A stretch of 63,102 bases of DNA, filler included, from Chiloscyllium plagiosum (GCF_004010195.1; 5 parts of one record of this genome joined end to end with filler, not necessarily neighbours in it), one strand, 5' to 3'. Counted from the whole stretch's first letter, positions 35,330-48,724 are shown. Translations and numbers: made by a program. The notes: generated from the sequence alone by a model not told the origin.

Positions 35330-36700
35330 AATGTCACTACAAAGACATGCGGGAGGAGCTGGCCAGAGTTAATTGGAAGGGGAGCTGAGCAGGAAAGACC
35401 ATGGAGCCGCAATAGCAGAAGTTTGTGGGGATAAATCGGAAGATAATACCAGAAATGTAACCCCAAGAAGATGAAACATACTCATGGGAGGACAAGGCAG
35501 CCATGAGTTACAAGGCATCAAACGAAAAGAGAAAACATACAAGGTGGTGAAGATGATTGGGAATCCAGAGAATTCAATGGCTCTGAAACTACATAAGGCT
35601 GGCATCACTGACACGACAGAGCTCTTAATCATGATAAGGGAGAGAAACAGAGGAAACACATTCACATTAAACACAGAAGATGGCATTCCTCAAGGAAAAA
35701 GATTCACGTGAATTAAACATTTGAATTAAGATCAGTTAAATGCTTTTGCGGAATGTGTCAGATTGGAAGCAAGACCCGGGGAGACAGACCCTCAGCAAAT
35801 GAGAGTTTGAAAATGGAAGCATTTCCACATCAGAAACCAGGTTATGTCACTGAGTGCAGGGTTGATGGGTGAATGGGTCTCAGGGAGAATTGGGGAACAG
35901 ACAGCAGAATTGCATTGCAGATATGGCAGCTCGAAACTGCGTATTCATGTAGTGCTATAGACCACAGCAGCAGGAGCAGAACAGCATTCAACCACAACCT
36001 GTAACTTTTTGCCAGGATGACACCTCAGTCTGTCATTACAATCAACACCATCTATGGCTCGGTGACGAGTGTGGGTGAACATGTCAGAGTCAGAATCACA
36101 TGAACCTTAACCTGATGCTAACTCATTAAAGCTACCGGACTTGACCAACAGATCTGAACGAAGCCCTGCAGTCCTGCCACATTCAGTCATAAATGGTGGT
36201 GGACGATTAAACAAATGACTGGAAGCGAGGGCTCCACAAACATCCCCATCCTAAATAATGAAACAGACCTGCACATCAGCGTAAAAGAGAAGGATGTTTT
36301 ATCTGCACCAGCCTCTGCCAGACGTGTTGAGTCGATGATACACCTCACCCTTATCATGATGCCCACAAAATCACAGATGCCAGTCTTCAAACAATTCGAT
36401 TTGCTGAATGTGAGAGGAAGAAACAGCTGAACACAGTAGATACGACAAAGGCAATGGGTCCTGACACCATTCCTGCAACAGGACTGGAGCCTTGTGCTAC
36501 ACAACAAGCCGTGTCCCTGGGGAAGCTGTTTCAGTCCAACTCCAACTCTAACATCTCCTTGGCAATGTGGATAATTACTCCAGTGCCCTAAGAGGGGATT
36601 AAGTACAATCTGACCAATTATCACCCCCTCAGTCCCATCGCGACAGTCAAATCGGTGGAAGTTCTTTTTGACAGAGCTGTCAAGCAGCACAGAAATACCC
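35330..36700 (+). mobile_element. Decayed non-LTR retrotransposon (CR1-clade) ORF2 fragments
   Basis: KDMREELARVNW and KAMGPDTIP-like motifs that precede RT. Paralog at 57350-58720. Confidence 0.55.
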
Positions 36701-36909
36701 TGCGTAGTGTGGTTTCCGATAGGTCCCCATGTGGCGATAGTGTTGTGGAAATGTCATTGGATTACTAATCTAGACCAGTCTAATGCTCTGGCAGCGGGTG
36801 GAAGTTAAAAATAATTAATAAAATATCGAGATCTAAAATCTGGTGTCAGTAATAGTGACCTTGAAGCCAATATGGATTGTAAACAGAATTTCCTTCTCTA
36901 CTGTACTTT

Positions 36910-37215
36910 TAGATTAGATTACAGTGTGGAAACAGGCCATTCGGCCCAACAAGTCCACACCGACCCGCCGAAGCGCAACCCACCCATGCCCCTACATTTA
37001 CCCCTTGCCTAACACTACGGGCAATTTAGCATGGCCAATTCACCTGACCTGCACATCTTTCGGGCTGTGGGAGGAAACCGGAGCACCCGGAGGAAACCCA
37101 CGTAGACACGGGGAGAACGTGCAAACTCCACACAGTCAGTCGCCTGAGGTGGGAATTGAACCCGGGTCTCAGGCGCTGTGAGGCAGCAGTGCTAACCACT
37201 GTGCCACCGTGCCAC
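36910..37215 (-). mobile_element. Young HE1-like SINE
   Basis: Full head, core and (AATCT)n tail; an empty site is visible in the paralog at ~59250. Confidence 0.9.
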
Positions 37216-40057
37216 ACATAAAGGAAATGAATCTCCCATGATTTCCTGGGCTGGGCTAAAAGTGACTCCAAAGACCCTGACATGTGATAAACATTTTAAT
37301 GGTCTCTGAAACGGCCAAGCAAAGCACTCATTTATATCAAACGACTCCGAGGTCTGAAAGGATGAAACCGGACAGAACACCTGGCCTCAGCATCAGTGCC
37401 GGAAAAGGGAATGGGAACACAGTCCTGTCGACCCTGCAGAGACCCCTTTCTTAACATCTGAGAGCTTGTGACAACATTTACCGAGCTTTCCCAGAGAAGA
37501 GAAACAGCGGGAAAGGAGTATATCATACAACACATTGAGCCTCCCCATTCTAGTTCATGAAAAAAATCTCCTCAATGCACTTACCCCACACGATATACAT
37601 ATCCGATAATGTGAGTAACCTTGGGAAACTATAAAATAGATGGTGCGGTAGTACGTTTGTTCCATCGAGTTTGCTACCCAACTCAATGTAATGATGGTTG
37701 GCCCTTCATTTCCACAGCGTACTCCTGCTCTCCCACCACCCCTTTACTGTCTCTAAATCCTTATTTCTAATCAGTGTCTCGGTTTCCAGGTGCGAGCGAA
37801 TTCCCCATATTCACCAGTCAGTGAGAGCAGACATTTATTCTCATCTCAATGCAGAGTGACCTGCTTGTACCTAATACTGTGGCCCCTTGTTTTAGATGTC
37901 CCAGCCAGGGGAATTATCATCCCTGCTTTCAATCTGTCTCACCCTGTCAGAGGTTTGTATATTTCACTGAGATCTCCACTCATTTTCCTAAACCCCATGG
38001 AATGCTGACCCAGTCTCCCAAACTCTGCTCCCAAAACAAGCCCGTCATCCCAGAGACCAGTCTGGTCATCCTTCACTGCTCTCCATCAATGTCAGGTTTG
38101 TCCTTTATTAGGTAAGGAGACTAAACGTGCACACAATACTGCACAATGCTCGAGATGGGATCTCTCCAAGGCCCTGTACAACTGCAGTTATCCACCCTTT
38201 CTCCTCGACTCACATCCCTCTGAAATGAAGGTCAACACACCATTTATCTTCCTCACTGCTTTCTCTTTCTGCAATATTGCTTTCAGCGTCTGGTGTACAA
38301 GGAAATGCAGATCCTTTTCCGTGTTATAGCTCCCCACTTGCTGGTTATACATACACTGGTCAGCGTGCCAATGCCATTCCTAGTATTGACTTCTGGTTAC
38401 AAAACTCACTGCGCTGCAGGGACCTCAGAGGTTTATGCAGAAGGAAACTACAAAAAGGAGCATACGTCTCTTTGTAGATCAACATGTTTTCACCAATCCC
38501 TTTCAAATGGTAGGCTGCCAATTTATCGTTTCCACCAAAGGGCACACCGTCACCTCTATCCACATTGTTCTCCCTCTGTCACGTATTTACCCATTCACTC
38601 CACTTGTCTTAGTCTTCTCGGTACTTTTTTACATCCTCCTCACCCACTCACAATCCCACATCCGTTAGTGCTGTCAGCAGGATGGGATATATTGTATTTG
38701 ATTCCAGCAACCAAATGTTTAGAGGGCGTTGTGAACAGCTGGGCCCCAAGTACCGATCCCTGTGACACTTCAGCAACCGTCATCCGTTAATTTCTTTTTA
38801 TTTATTTCGTGAATCTGGGTGTCACTGGCTGGGCCAGCATTTATTGCCTGTCCCTAGTTGCCCTTGAGAAGGTGGTGCCAGCTGCCCTTGTTGAACGCTG
38901 CAGTCCACCNNNNNNNNNNNNNNNNNNNNNNNNNNNNNNNNNNNNNNNNNNNNTTAATTAATTAANNNNNNNNNNNNNNNNNNNNNNNNNNNNNNNNNNN
39001 NNNNNNNNNATCAATCTGTTCAAGAGCTTCCCAGTCCATCTTCTTGAATTCTGTACCTGCCTCCTCCTTCTCCCAAGTAAAATAGATGTGAAGGTCTCAT
39101 GTAACAATCCATCAATGTTCTCCAGCTTGTCACACAGATTGCCCCTTTGGTGTCGAATGGACACTAACTGTTTGCTGATTATTCTCTTTTATTTGTCTGT
39201 GTAGAATATCGTGGGATTCTTCCAGATCTCGCCGACTTGTACTTCTCCATGTCCTTCTGTTATTCAGTCCCCTTATGTTTCTAAGTTTCACTGCAATCAC
39301 CTCTCATGTTTTGAAACTCGAGATTACAGGCTGAGTTTCCACATCAGACAATCTTGCCATTTTAGGGATTAATCTGGATTATACCTTTTTCAGTTCCTCT
39401 GTAATCAATATATTCTTTCTTAGATTGGGATTCCAAACGGTACACAATACTCTTAAGTGTAGTCTCATTAACACTCGATGCAACTGGTGCACAACATCCT
39501 CTATCTTCCAATTACATTCACATGAATGTAAACCTAATTTTTACTTTTCCATTTGCATATGTCCTTCCCAATACCTCTCGCTTTAACTTTTCTTATGAGC
39601 TTACTGTGTGAGTTTTTAAAACGATCTCATGAATCTCCCACTATACGTTATACATTGGTCCTTAATTGTCTATGTCCACAAGAATTATCTTCAAACCATT
39701 CCAAAAAAATATTTGCCACTTCTGGTTTTCCTTTCATCCGCACGTTCTAACACTCCCCAGTTATGTTATTACCTTCTATATATCTAGTAGCATGTTCTTT
39801 GTAATCGAGTCCAACAGATACACGATTGCTCATGACGAGTTCACCACTCTACACCTTCATCCTTTCTTAATCTGGTGGATAATATTTATAACCTTTGCCT
39901 TATCCAGATTGGCTAAATGCCTTTCGGGTATTGGTCGGAAAATAAAGTGAAAATCCGCGATGCAATCAACATGTCTATTGCTGCTTCCTCTGAAATTCTT
40001 GTATGATGTACACCTCGTCTGTCAGATGTATAAATACTCAATCCAGCTTTCTTTTCA

Positions 40058-40492
40058 AAGATGGAAGCTTTGGAGAGGGTGCAGAGAAGATTTACCAGAA
40101 TGTTGCCTGGAATGGAGAATAGGTCGTACGAGGATAGGTTGAGAGTTGGTCACTTGGTATTTCTGGAAGAATTTCTGGACATTCTTCCATGAAGATAGAC
40201 ACAAATAAACTATTTCTTTTCTCTGCGTTTTCTCTGTTATCTGCAATAAATTATCCTGATCGCACATCAACTGTTGCACATTTGACCTTGTTTTTATTTT
40301 TTTTCATACAAGAGTGGTGGGGGCATGGAATGTGCTGCCTGTGGGAGTGGTAGAGTCAGAATCTTTAGTGACCTTTAAGCAGAAATTGGATAGGTACATG
40401 GATGGGTGCTTAAGCTAGGACAAATGTTCGGCACAACATCGTGGGCCGAAGGGCCTGTTCTGTGCTGTATTGTTCTATGATCTATGTTCTAT
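40058..40492 (+). mobile_element. CR1 LINE 3' pieces with (TTCTA)n tail, split by a copy of the flanking sequence
   Basis: ALERVQRRFTRMLPGM at 40058-40146; RVVGAWNVLP..VVE and the 3' UTR at 40311-40492. Confidence 0.75.
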
Positions 40493-40827
40493 GACCCCAA
40501 CACTCATAAGAATGAATTTCTGGACATTCTTCCATGAAGATAGACACAAAGAAACTATTTCTTTTCTCTGCGATTTCTCTGTTGTCTGCAATAAATTATC
40601 CTGAACGCACATCAACTGTTGCACATTTGACCTTGTTTTTATTTTGTTTCATACATCGATAGACTCTTTTTAGCAGTCTTTATGTTTTTCTTTCATTTGC
40701 ACGCTTTTTCTCTTTTTGATTATCTTCTCAGTTTCTTGGTCATCCTTTGCTGGGCCCTACATTTCTCTGAATCCACTGGCTTACTGCAACACTTGGCATT
40801 TTCTAAGCTGCCTTCTTTCATCTAATA

Positions 40828-41530
40828 GGTAGATGAAGATGGGCTTGAAAGTGATAGTCGAGGGGAGGGTGGACCAGATTGATAGGAAGGAAGGTGGACA
40901 CATTGGAACTTTCAAAAAAGGGCGGTGTTGACTTGGAAGATTGGAATAGGATAAGATGGGATTAGGGGAAATTGGGAAATGGGGAAATCAACTATGATCC
41001 CCTGTGGTTGGAGGGTCCTAAGGCAGAAGAGGAGGCTTTCTTACTCCAGGCTTCAGGTGGCTCGGGTTCGGCGATGGAGCAGTCCCAGTGCCCTCATGTC
41101 CTTGGCAGAGTGGGAAGGGGAGTTAAAGTGCTCAGCCACTAGGCGATGGTGTTGTTCAATGTGGCTGTTCCAGAGATATTCCCGGAAATGATCTACAAGT
41201 TGACCTCCTGCCTCGCCAATGTAGAGAAGACCACATTGGATTTAATGGATGCAGTAGATGGGGCGTTCTATCTCCCTTCATCATCTATCACTTTCAAACC
41301 CACCTTTATCTACCTATTGCAATCCCAGCTATCCCCCCCCCCCCCCCCTGCCGCACTCTCTTCTCATTTATCTCCCAGTCCCCTTTGGCCCATAAGCTTC
41401 ATTCCTGATGAAAGGCTTATGCCCAAAACATCGATTTATCTTAGTATGCTGCCTGCCTGACTGTGCTTTTCCAGCATCACATTCTTCGACTCTGATCTCC
41501 AGCATCTGTAGTCCACATTTTCTCCTCACA
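40828..41530. mobile_element. Inverted Penelope-like fragments (GIY-YIG on minus strand, pLTR with decayed hammerhead on plus strand at 41400-41437)
   Basis: Minus-strand HFNSPSHSAKDMRALGLLHR; plus-strand CTGATGAAAGGCTTATGCCCAAAACATCG. Confidence 0.7.
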
Positions 41531-42449
41531 TCTTCATGGCTTGCATGATTCAGATTTCTAACGGTTACTTCAAATACAACAAAAACCGCCGTGTACTCAA
41601 ACAGCATAAAAGAAAACCAATACATTGTGGTCACTATTCCCAAAATGTTCTTTCCTGCAAAATTTTCAATTAGGTCTTCTGATCACTCAACACCAATTCC
41701 TAAATAACCTGATCTCGAGCTCAGTGCTCGACATAATGTTCATGGAAACCATCTCACACGTGGTCATGAAATCCATTTTCCCAGCATTAGCATTCAATTA
41801 GGTTAACACAGTTTAGATATAAGTTAAACATATATTATTATTACTGCAGTACTCACAAATGTGTATATCTCATTTCCTGTTTTATTACATGTCCAGCATT
41901 TGTATTGCAGCTTTAACTTTGATATATAACTCCCATCAATGTTTGCTCCACCTTACTAGATTCTGTAGAATCTGAGCAATGTGGGCTCTGGAGAGATTAA
42001 TAGTCGAGATCATTTCGCCACATCGTTTATGATCTTCTCAAACTTTAATTTCTCCAGATCTCCCGTTATGCTGTGGCGGAGAGAAAGACAATGATCTTCC
42101 AACAATGCTCTGTATTCCCCCAGAGAGCTGAGACTGTTCTAACCTGGGTGGGAACCTTACAGCAGGCTGGGAAAGTGTTGCTGCTGCTGTACAGGATCTT
42201 AGTGAGATCACATCTGGAGTAGTGTGTACAGATTTAATCTCTTCAATGAAGAAAGGATGTTGTTATATTGGAAGCAGCTCAGAAATGGTTCCCTCAACTG
42301 ATTCCTGCAATGAATTTGCTAGCTTATAAAGAAAGGACGATCAGGTTGACCCAGTAGCCATTGGAGTTTACAAAAATTAAGGATGATCTTATTTCAACAT
42401 AGATGACAGAAGGATTCAACAAGTGAAGCGAATTACATAGATAGTGGAG

Positions 42450-42760
42450 CAATCCATTCCGTTGTTCAGCCTGTTACACAGGAACAACAGGAGGATATTC
42501 AGGCCTTCGACCCTGTTACACCAAACAGGACGAGGCTATTCAGCCCCTGGAGTCTGATATACATTTACAGAAGGAGGCCAATCAGCCACTCGACCCTGTA
42601 ACAGTAGGCCATGCTGCACCAGTATCCTGTTAAACAGCAACAGGATCAGTCCATTCAGCCTCCTCAAGTCTGTAACATAGGAACTGGAAGAGGTCACACA
42701 GTGACTGGAGATTGTGACACTGGGATAACAGGAGGCCATTCAGACCCACCGAGACTATTG
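42450..42760 (+). repeat. Degenerate ~40-bp minisatellite
   Basis: Recurrent GGCCATTCAGCCCCTCGAGCCTGTTACAC..AGGAG-like units. Confidence 0.6.
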
Positions 42761-44009
42761 CAAGGGGGTTGGATAAGGATAAAAACTATCTGAGACTTCT
42801 TTCATGAAAAANNNNNNNNNNNNNNNNNNNNNNNNNNNNNNNNNNNNNNNNNNNNTTAATTAATTAANNNNNNNNNNNNNNNNNNNNNNNNNNNNNNNNN
42901 NNNNNNNNNNNTTGTGTGTGGAATGAACTTCCAGAGGAAGTGGTGAAAGCATGGACAGTTACAATGTTTAAAGGACATTTAGATCAGTACATGGATAAGA
43001 CATCAGTTTGGATGGTGCTGTGGGCAGCTGCCCTCTCCCTCCCCCTCTCTGAATGAATCCCTGTTGGTTTTCACCCTCTGCCAATACCTGTGCAGTGGCG
43101 TGTGGAGGCCAGCAGAAGGTGGCATTGCATTACTTTAAGCACCACAGAGACTGCCAGACCTGCCCCACACAGGGACACACAGATACACACACGGGAATGG
43201 TTCGGGCACTGCCTGAAGCTCATCTGGTAACTTAAATGAAACATAAAGAAATGCTCAATTCGCCTCGTAAACTGTTAAAATATGAGGGACAGAGAACTCC
43301 CAAATTCCACTGTTCAAATAAAAATATCAATTTATTTTTTCACTCTTAAAATGAACATTTTACATTATCTCTGCACAACTCTGGGACCCCCTTTCTCTTA
43401 ACGGCTTATTACGCGACTCCAGCTCTATAGCAATATACTGTTTCTGGGTCTGCCATCCTCTCATATCACAGGTGCTTGTCAGCTCTCAGTTCAGAACAGC
43501 ATTCCCTCTCTCTTAAAGGTACAGTACACACTTCCAACTTCATCACATTATACCCTGATGAATATAGATAAGTGGATCCTATCCGGGTTTCTTTTGCTCT
43601 GTGGTTTGTCACTATTTCATTTGCTCCGTCTGGTGTGTGTCAGGAGTTTTGTTGCTCCATTGACAGCATGTCATTATTCAACTCTGTCCATGGGAATATA
43701 ACAGTATTTCACTTGCTCACACTCGTGAGTGTGGGGCAGGATTTCAGTTGTTTCAGGGGGACTGTGACGCTATACCAATCTCAGTGTTTGTAGATGGCAC
43801 AAAACCTGGAAGAACTCTGAAGTCTATGGAGGACAGTGTGGAACTCTAACAGGACAGTGACACGTTGGTGTAGTGTTCAGGTGTATCGCAGCTGGGGATC
43901 AATGCAGAGCTGTGTGAGGTGATACACTTTGGGAGGAAAGACAATGAAAGACAATGACCACAGTTTATTGAAGGTATCAGGGCAAGTGGGGAGAGCAGTA
44001 ACTATCACA

Positions 44010-44971
44010 GATTAGTTTCAGTATCCAAGCTGTTTACAGGGGGAGGTGTAGGAGGGGGTCTCCGTGCTCCCTTCCAGGGAAGTGGTGGTGACGATGTGTT
44101 GTGAGCCCACCATCCTGCCCACCGAGACCGTGGGGATCCCATTTGTACCAGCTCGACACAAAAGGGAGATGGCATCAGGGCCACGGCTTCTAAGTTGTGT
44201 CGAGCAAAAGGAGATGCCCGTGGATTTAAAATGTGAATTGCCCTTCACTGAACATTGCTCCTTACTCGGTCGGTGGGATGTGGATGTTGAGGTGTCCCTG
44301 TGCTCTCTAGCTCGTGGCGCGGGGAGGGGGGATGAGGGAATGGATATCCGGCACTCCACCACCCGGCTTTGCCTTTCTGTCCTATTCCAGGCTCTTTCTC
44401 CTGAAATGGGAGAAAGGGAAGGAGAGAGTGAGGGTGGGAGTGGGTAGCCCTACTGTTAGTGCTGGTGTAGGTGGGCTTAATGGCAAATGGTGAGGGAATC
44501 TGTCGACAGCGTTGTATCCATGCAGTGTAATTAATATGGGGGGTAAAGTGGACGGGGTGACAGAGAGAGAGAGGGAGAGACAGAGACAGAGAGACAGAGA
44601 TAGAGACAGAGACAGAGAGAGAGAGAGAAAGTGAGAAGGTGCTGCATGCTGCAGTGGGAGTGGTGGAGCATAAGCCTTGTTCGGGGGTCGGTGAGAACAG
44701 ATAAAGAGTGAGTGTGAGGGAGTAGAGAGAATATGGTGAACCTTACCCTGACAGAGTGGGAATGGTTATTGATGAATGTCCTGTATTGGTGGGCATTTTG
44801 TCAGACCGCAGATACTGCACTAAGCTAGGTGGCGAGCTCAGAGCATGCTCGGTGGGTCTGGTTGTGTGCCCTCCTCTGGGACGAAAATGGTCTCCCTCTG
44901 TACTTGCCCAATAACCAGGCCCTCAGAGCCACTGTCGACAAACTGTGGTGTAATTGCCCTTTATCTGCCAT
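44010..44971 (-). pseudogene. Paralogous decayed Harbinger Myb/SANT-like gene
   Basis: Same exons as 15560-16482. The splice donor GTCAGG|GTAAGG is intact at 44746. Confidence 0.65.
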
Positions 44972-45727
44972 GCTCGGGGTAAACTGCGCAGGGCAGCTCC
45001 TAACAGAGAAAGCTCAACCGTGTTCCCAGTTGCCTTTTTCGGATGGCGCCTGTGTCAGGGATCATGGAATATCCAGGGGCATCCGGGCGATGGTGAGTAC
45101 ATCCAGCCATGATGGGTGGGAGAATCGGGCTGGTATTGAATGAGAGGGACACCATGGGGTGGGTAGCTATTGAAGTGAGTTCAATAAGATAGCACCAGGA
45201 AACTAGCTCGGCGTCGTGTAGATGATCCCTCTATCACAGTCAATGAAAATGGTACTGAGACAAATTATTGTTAGATTTAGCCCAATGATTCAAAGACTCT
45301 GCTGACCCTACACCCAGATACAAAGCTGCAGAACAAATACTCATCCAAAACTCTGCATCATCTGAACTCCCAACAATATCCTGTTCACCTACCATTCCTG
45401 GAAACACTGGCTTATGTTACAGGATGCTGTTGAAATGTTTTCATTTCAGCATTCTGAAACCTGGGGACACATCCTTCCATAACACTGTCTCTCATTCTCC
45501 CTGACTCTGTCTCGTTCGCATACCTCTCCCATTTGTTATTGTTTAAACTGATTCCCCCTCCATCTCTGTCTCTCTCTGGAAGTGAAGTTCACCCCCACAG
45601 CACCCCCTTCTCAGGGCATAATGGAGGGATGGAGCTGGAAATGGATGGGAGCTGCACATCCTGTCACTTCCAGGATGGGCTGCGAGTCTCACCACACTGG
45701 GCAGGGATCTAACACAGTGTAACTAAA

Positions 45728-46500
45728 CAATGCACTGGCATGGTATACATAGTCCTACATGCTGGCAGGGAAAATGCTCTTGGGTTACAGATCAATCCAC
45801 TGGGGAATTGTACACGCTCTTAACATGCTGGGAGGTTAAAAGCTCCTGGTTTACAGATGAGTGCACTGGGGTGGGGTACACAGTCCTACATGCTGGGAGG
45901 GTAACTGCTCCTGGTTAGAGAGCAAATCACTGGGGTGGGGTACACAGTCCTACATGCTGGGGTTGTAACTGTTCCTGGGTTACAAATCAATGCACTGGGA
46001 TTGTGTACACAGTTCTACATGCTGGAAGGGGAACTGCTCCTATTTAACAGATCAATGCACTGGGTTGGTGTATGCAGTCCTACATGCTGGGAGGTTAACA
46101 GCTCCTGGTTTACAGATCAATACACTGGGGTGCGGTACACAGTCCTACATGCTGGGAGGGTAACTGCTCCTGGTTTACAGATCAATGCACTGGGGTGCGA
46201 TACACAGTGCTACATGCTGGGAGGGGAATTCCTCCTGTTTTTCAGATCAATGCACTGGGTTGATGTACACAGTTCCACATGATGGGAGGGTACTGCTCCT
46301 GGGTTTCAAATCAATGCACTGGGATGGGGTACACAGTCCTACATGCTGGGAGGGTAACTGCTCCTGGTTTACGGATCAATGCACTGGGATTGGGTATACA
46401 TTCCTAACTGATGGGCGGGTAACTGCTCCAGGTTACAAATTGGTCATCACTGTACAGCTCCCAGTGCTGGACAGAAATCTAATCCGGGTTTATCGATCAA
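45728..46500 (+). repeat. 65-bp tandem array, paralogous shorter copy (~11 units)
   Basis: Same unit as 17067-19468. Confidence 0.92.
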
Positions 46501-46535
46501 TGCATGGACATGGTGCACACTGCTTCCCACACTGA

Positions 46536-46755
46536 ACAGGCAGGAGGCTGGAGGAACACAGCAAACCAGGCAGCATCAGGGGGTGTGGAATTTGACATTT
46601 CCTGTGTAAAGCTTCTTCAGGATTCGTGCAGAAGGGTTACTCCTGAAACGGTCGACTTCTCAACCTCCTGTTGCTGCCTGGCTTGCTGAGTTCCTCCAGC
46701 CGCCTGCCTGTCTACATTGGATTCCAGCATCTACAGTATTTTTTTGTCTCTATCT
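46536..46755. mobile_element. Inverted pLTR pair with two back-to-back decayed hammerheads
   Basis: The arms ACAGGCAGGAGGCTGGAGGAACACAGCAA... and ...TTGCTGAGTTCCTCCAGCCGCCTGCCTGT are reverse complements. Cores are CTGAAGA...GAAATGTC (minus) and GTGCAGA...GAAACGGTC (plus). Confidence 0.7.
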
Positions 46756-47935
46756 CAGTTTCCCATACTCGACAGATGGTTTAAAGATAAGTGCTGTGAC
46801 ATGATCTGTGCAGTGTTCCACTCTGGACAGATTGTTGGGTTAGACTGAGCAGTACACTGGTCCGGTCTGCACAGTGTTCCACGGTGAACAGATATCTCCT
46901 CTGGGCTAGTTCTGTGAGGTGGATTGAGAATGTGGTAAATCTAACCATTTCAGAAGATCTTTATTTCCCATTCCTTTTATTGGACCCTTCGTCTCTCACC
47001 CCATTAACGTTACAGTTTGTCCAGGTGCAGTACATAATGTTGGTGAATACCCACTCTCCTGGCAGCAGCCCCGGCCTCTTCATTCAGAAGCGGGCAGCAA
47101 TTCACATTGTCCTCGGGTCTCCACGGAGAAATGAATGATGGCCTTTCAGATAAAGGCTGTCCCGTTGGTACAGGGNNNNNNNNNNNNNNNNNNNNNNNNN
47201 NNNNNNNNNNNNNNNNNNNNNNNNNNNNNNNNNNNNNNNNNNNNNNNNNNNNNNNNNNNNNNNNNNNNNNNNNNNNNNNNNNNNNNNNNNNNNNNNNNNN
47301 NNNNNNNNNNNNNNNNNNNNNNNNNNNNNNNNNNNNNNNNNNNNNNNNNNNNNNNNNNNNNNNNNNNNNNNNNNNNNNNNNNNNNNNNNNNNNNNNNNNN
47401 NNNNNNNNNNNNNNNNNNNNNNNNNNNNNNNNNNNNNNNNNNNNNNNNNNNNNNNNNNNNNNNNNNNNNNNNNNNNNNNNNNNNNNNNNNNNNNNNNNNN
47501 NNNNNNNNNNNNNNNNNNNNNNNNNNNNNNNNNNNNNNNNNNNNNNNNNNNNNNNNNNNNNNNNNNNNNNNNNNNNNNNNNNNNNNNNNNNNNNNNNNNN
47601 NNNNNNNNNNNNNNNNNNNNNNNNNNNNNNNNNNNNNNNNNNNNNNNNNNNNNNNNNNNNNNNNNNNNNNNNNNNGCTCCTGAACTGGTCTGTGTCCATG
47701 TGCAGCAAGACTCAGACTCCATTGAGACTTGTGTTGTTAAAGGGTCCATAACATTCATGTAACAGCATTGCCTGACACTGCACATTGCCACAGTAAAATA
47801 AGAGATCATGCATTACCTCACGCTGGTTTCACAGGAATATGAGGAAATCATTCATCCCATTGACAGTATTGGAGAAGAACAGGAACAGCCCATTCAGTGC
47901 CTCCAGCCTATTACTCAGGAACAGAAGGAGTCTAG

Positions 47936-48546
47936 TGGGATGGAGCACATCAGTGCCCCTCGAAAATATTTGAAGTCAGTAGCCTAGACTGTAATCTTTT
48001 CTTATTTTAAAGGAAATGTAAAGTGTCTGTTCCAGATGCAATGTGACTGGTCAAACTACTCGGTGTGAAGCAAAGCACCATCTGCTTAAACACGAAGGAT
48101 GAAATAAAACCAAAGAAACCGGAATTTAGAATAACATAATTCTATTGGACAACTTAACAGAATAATAGAACTAGGAGCTATTACTAATGAACTGTTCCAA
48201 CATAGGAAACTCCCATAAACACAGCCCTTGGCAAAAAGGAAAATTCAGGAATTGAAAACAGCATCAAGAGAAAATTCAGAGAGAGTAGCAGCCAGGAGAT
48301 ATTCCCTGAAGTTTCCAACTCTGTGCAGATCTCTATAGTTTTTTATGTTACTGAGAAACCAAAACCCAGTGATCCTAATCTGTGAGAGCTGGCCACACCC
48401 ATCCAGGCTGCATTAAAATAAACCCAAGGCCTCCCTCGCTGTTTACACAAGTGATCATAACTAGCCAGCTTGGTAACAATCGTTCAATCTTTCTCTTAAA
48501 AGAAACCAGGACAAAAAAAACTTCTTAAAGCTACAGCATCATCACA
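47936..48546 (-). mobile_element. Solo LTR (paralog of 2485-3093)
   Basis: Reverse-complement match; CTAG/CTTG flanks. Confidence 0.72.
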
Positions 48547-48724
48547 CTTGTCAGCACATCGAACAGTCAAACAGGAACCAGGGGTAACCCAGCCAGGCCC
48601 CTGGGCTTGTCCAATCGGACGAGGAAGAAGCCAATCAGTCCCTTGAGTCACTTACACAGGAACAGTAGGAGGCCATTCCCACCTCAATGCACTTACACAG
48701 GGGCAGAATGAGGTAATTGATGCT

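Larger units (their letters stand above)
31844..38909 (+). repeat. Segmental duplication block D, copy 1 (paralog 54184-60969)
   Basis: Colinear from CGTTTCAGGCATA to TTGAACGCTGCAGTCCA. Confidence 0.9.
42912..47045 (+). repeat. Segmental duplication block C, copy 2
   Basis: Starts GTGTGGAATGAACTTCCAGAGG as at 13981 and ends near CCAGGT(A/G)CAGTACAT. Confidence 0.9.
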
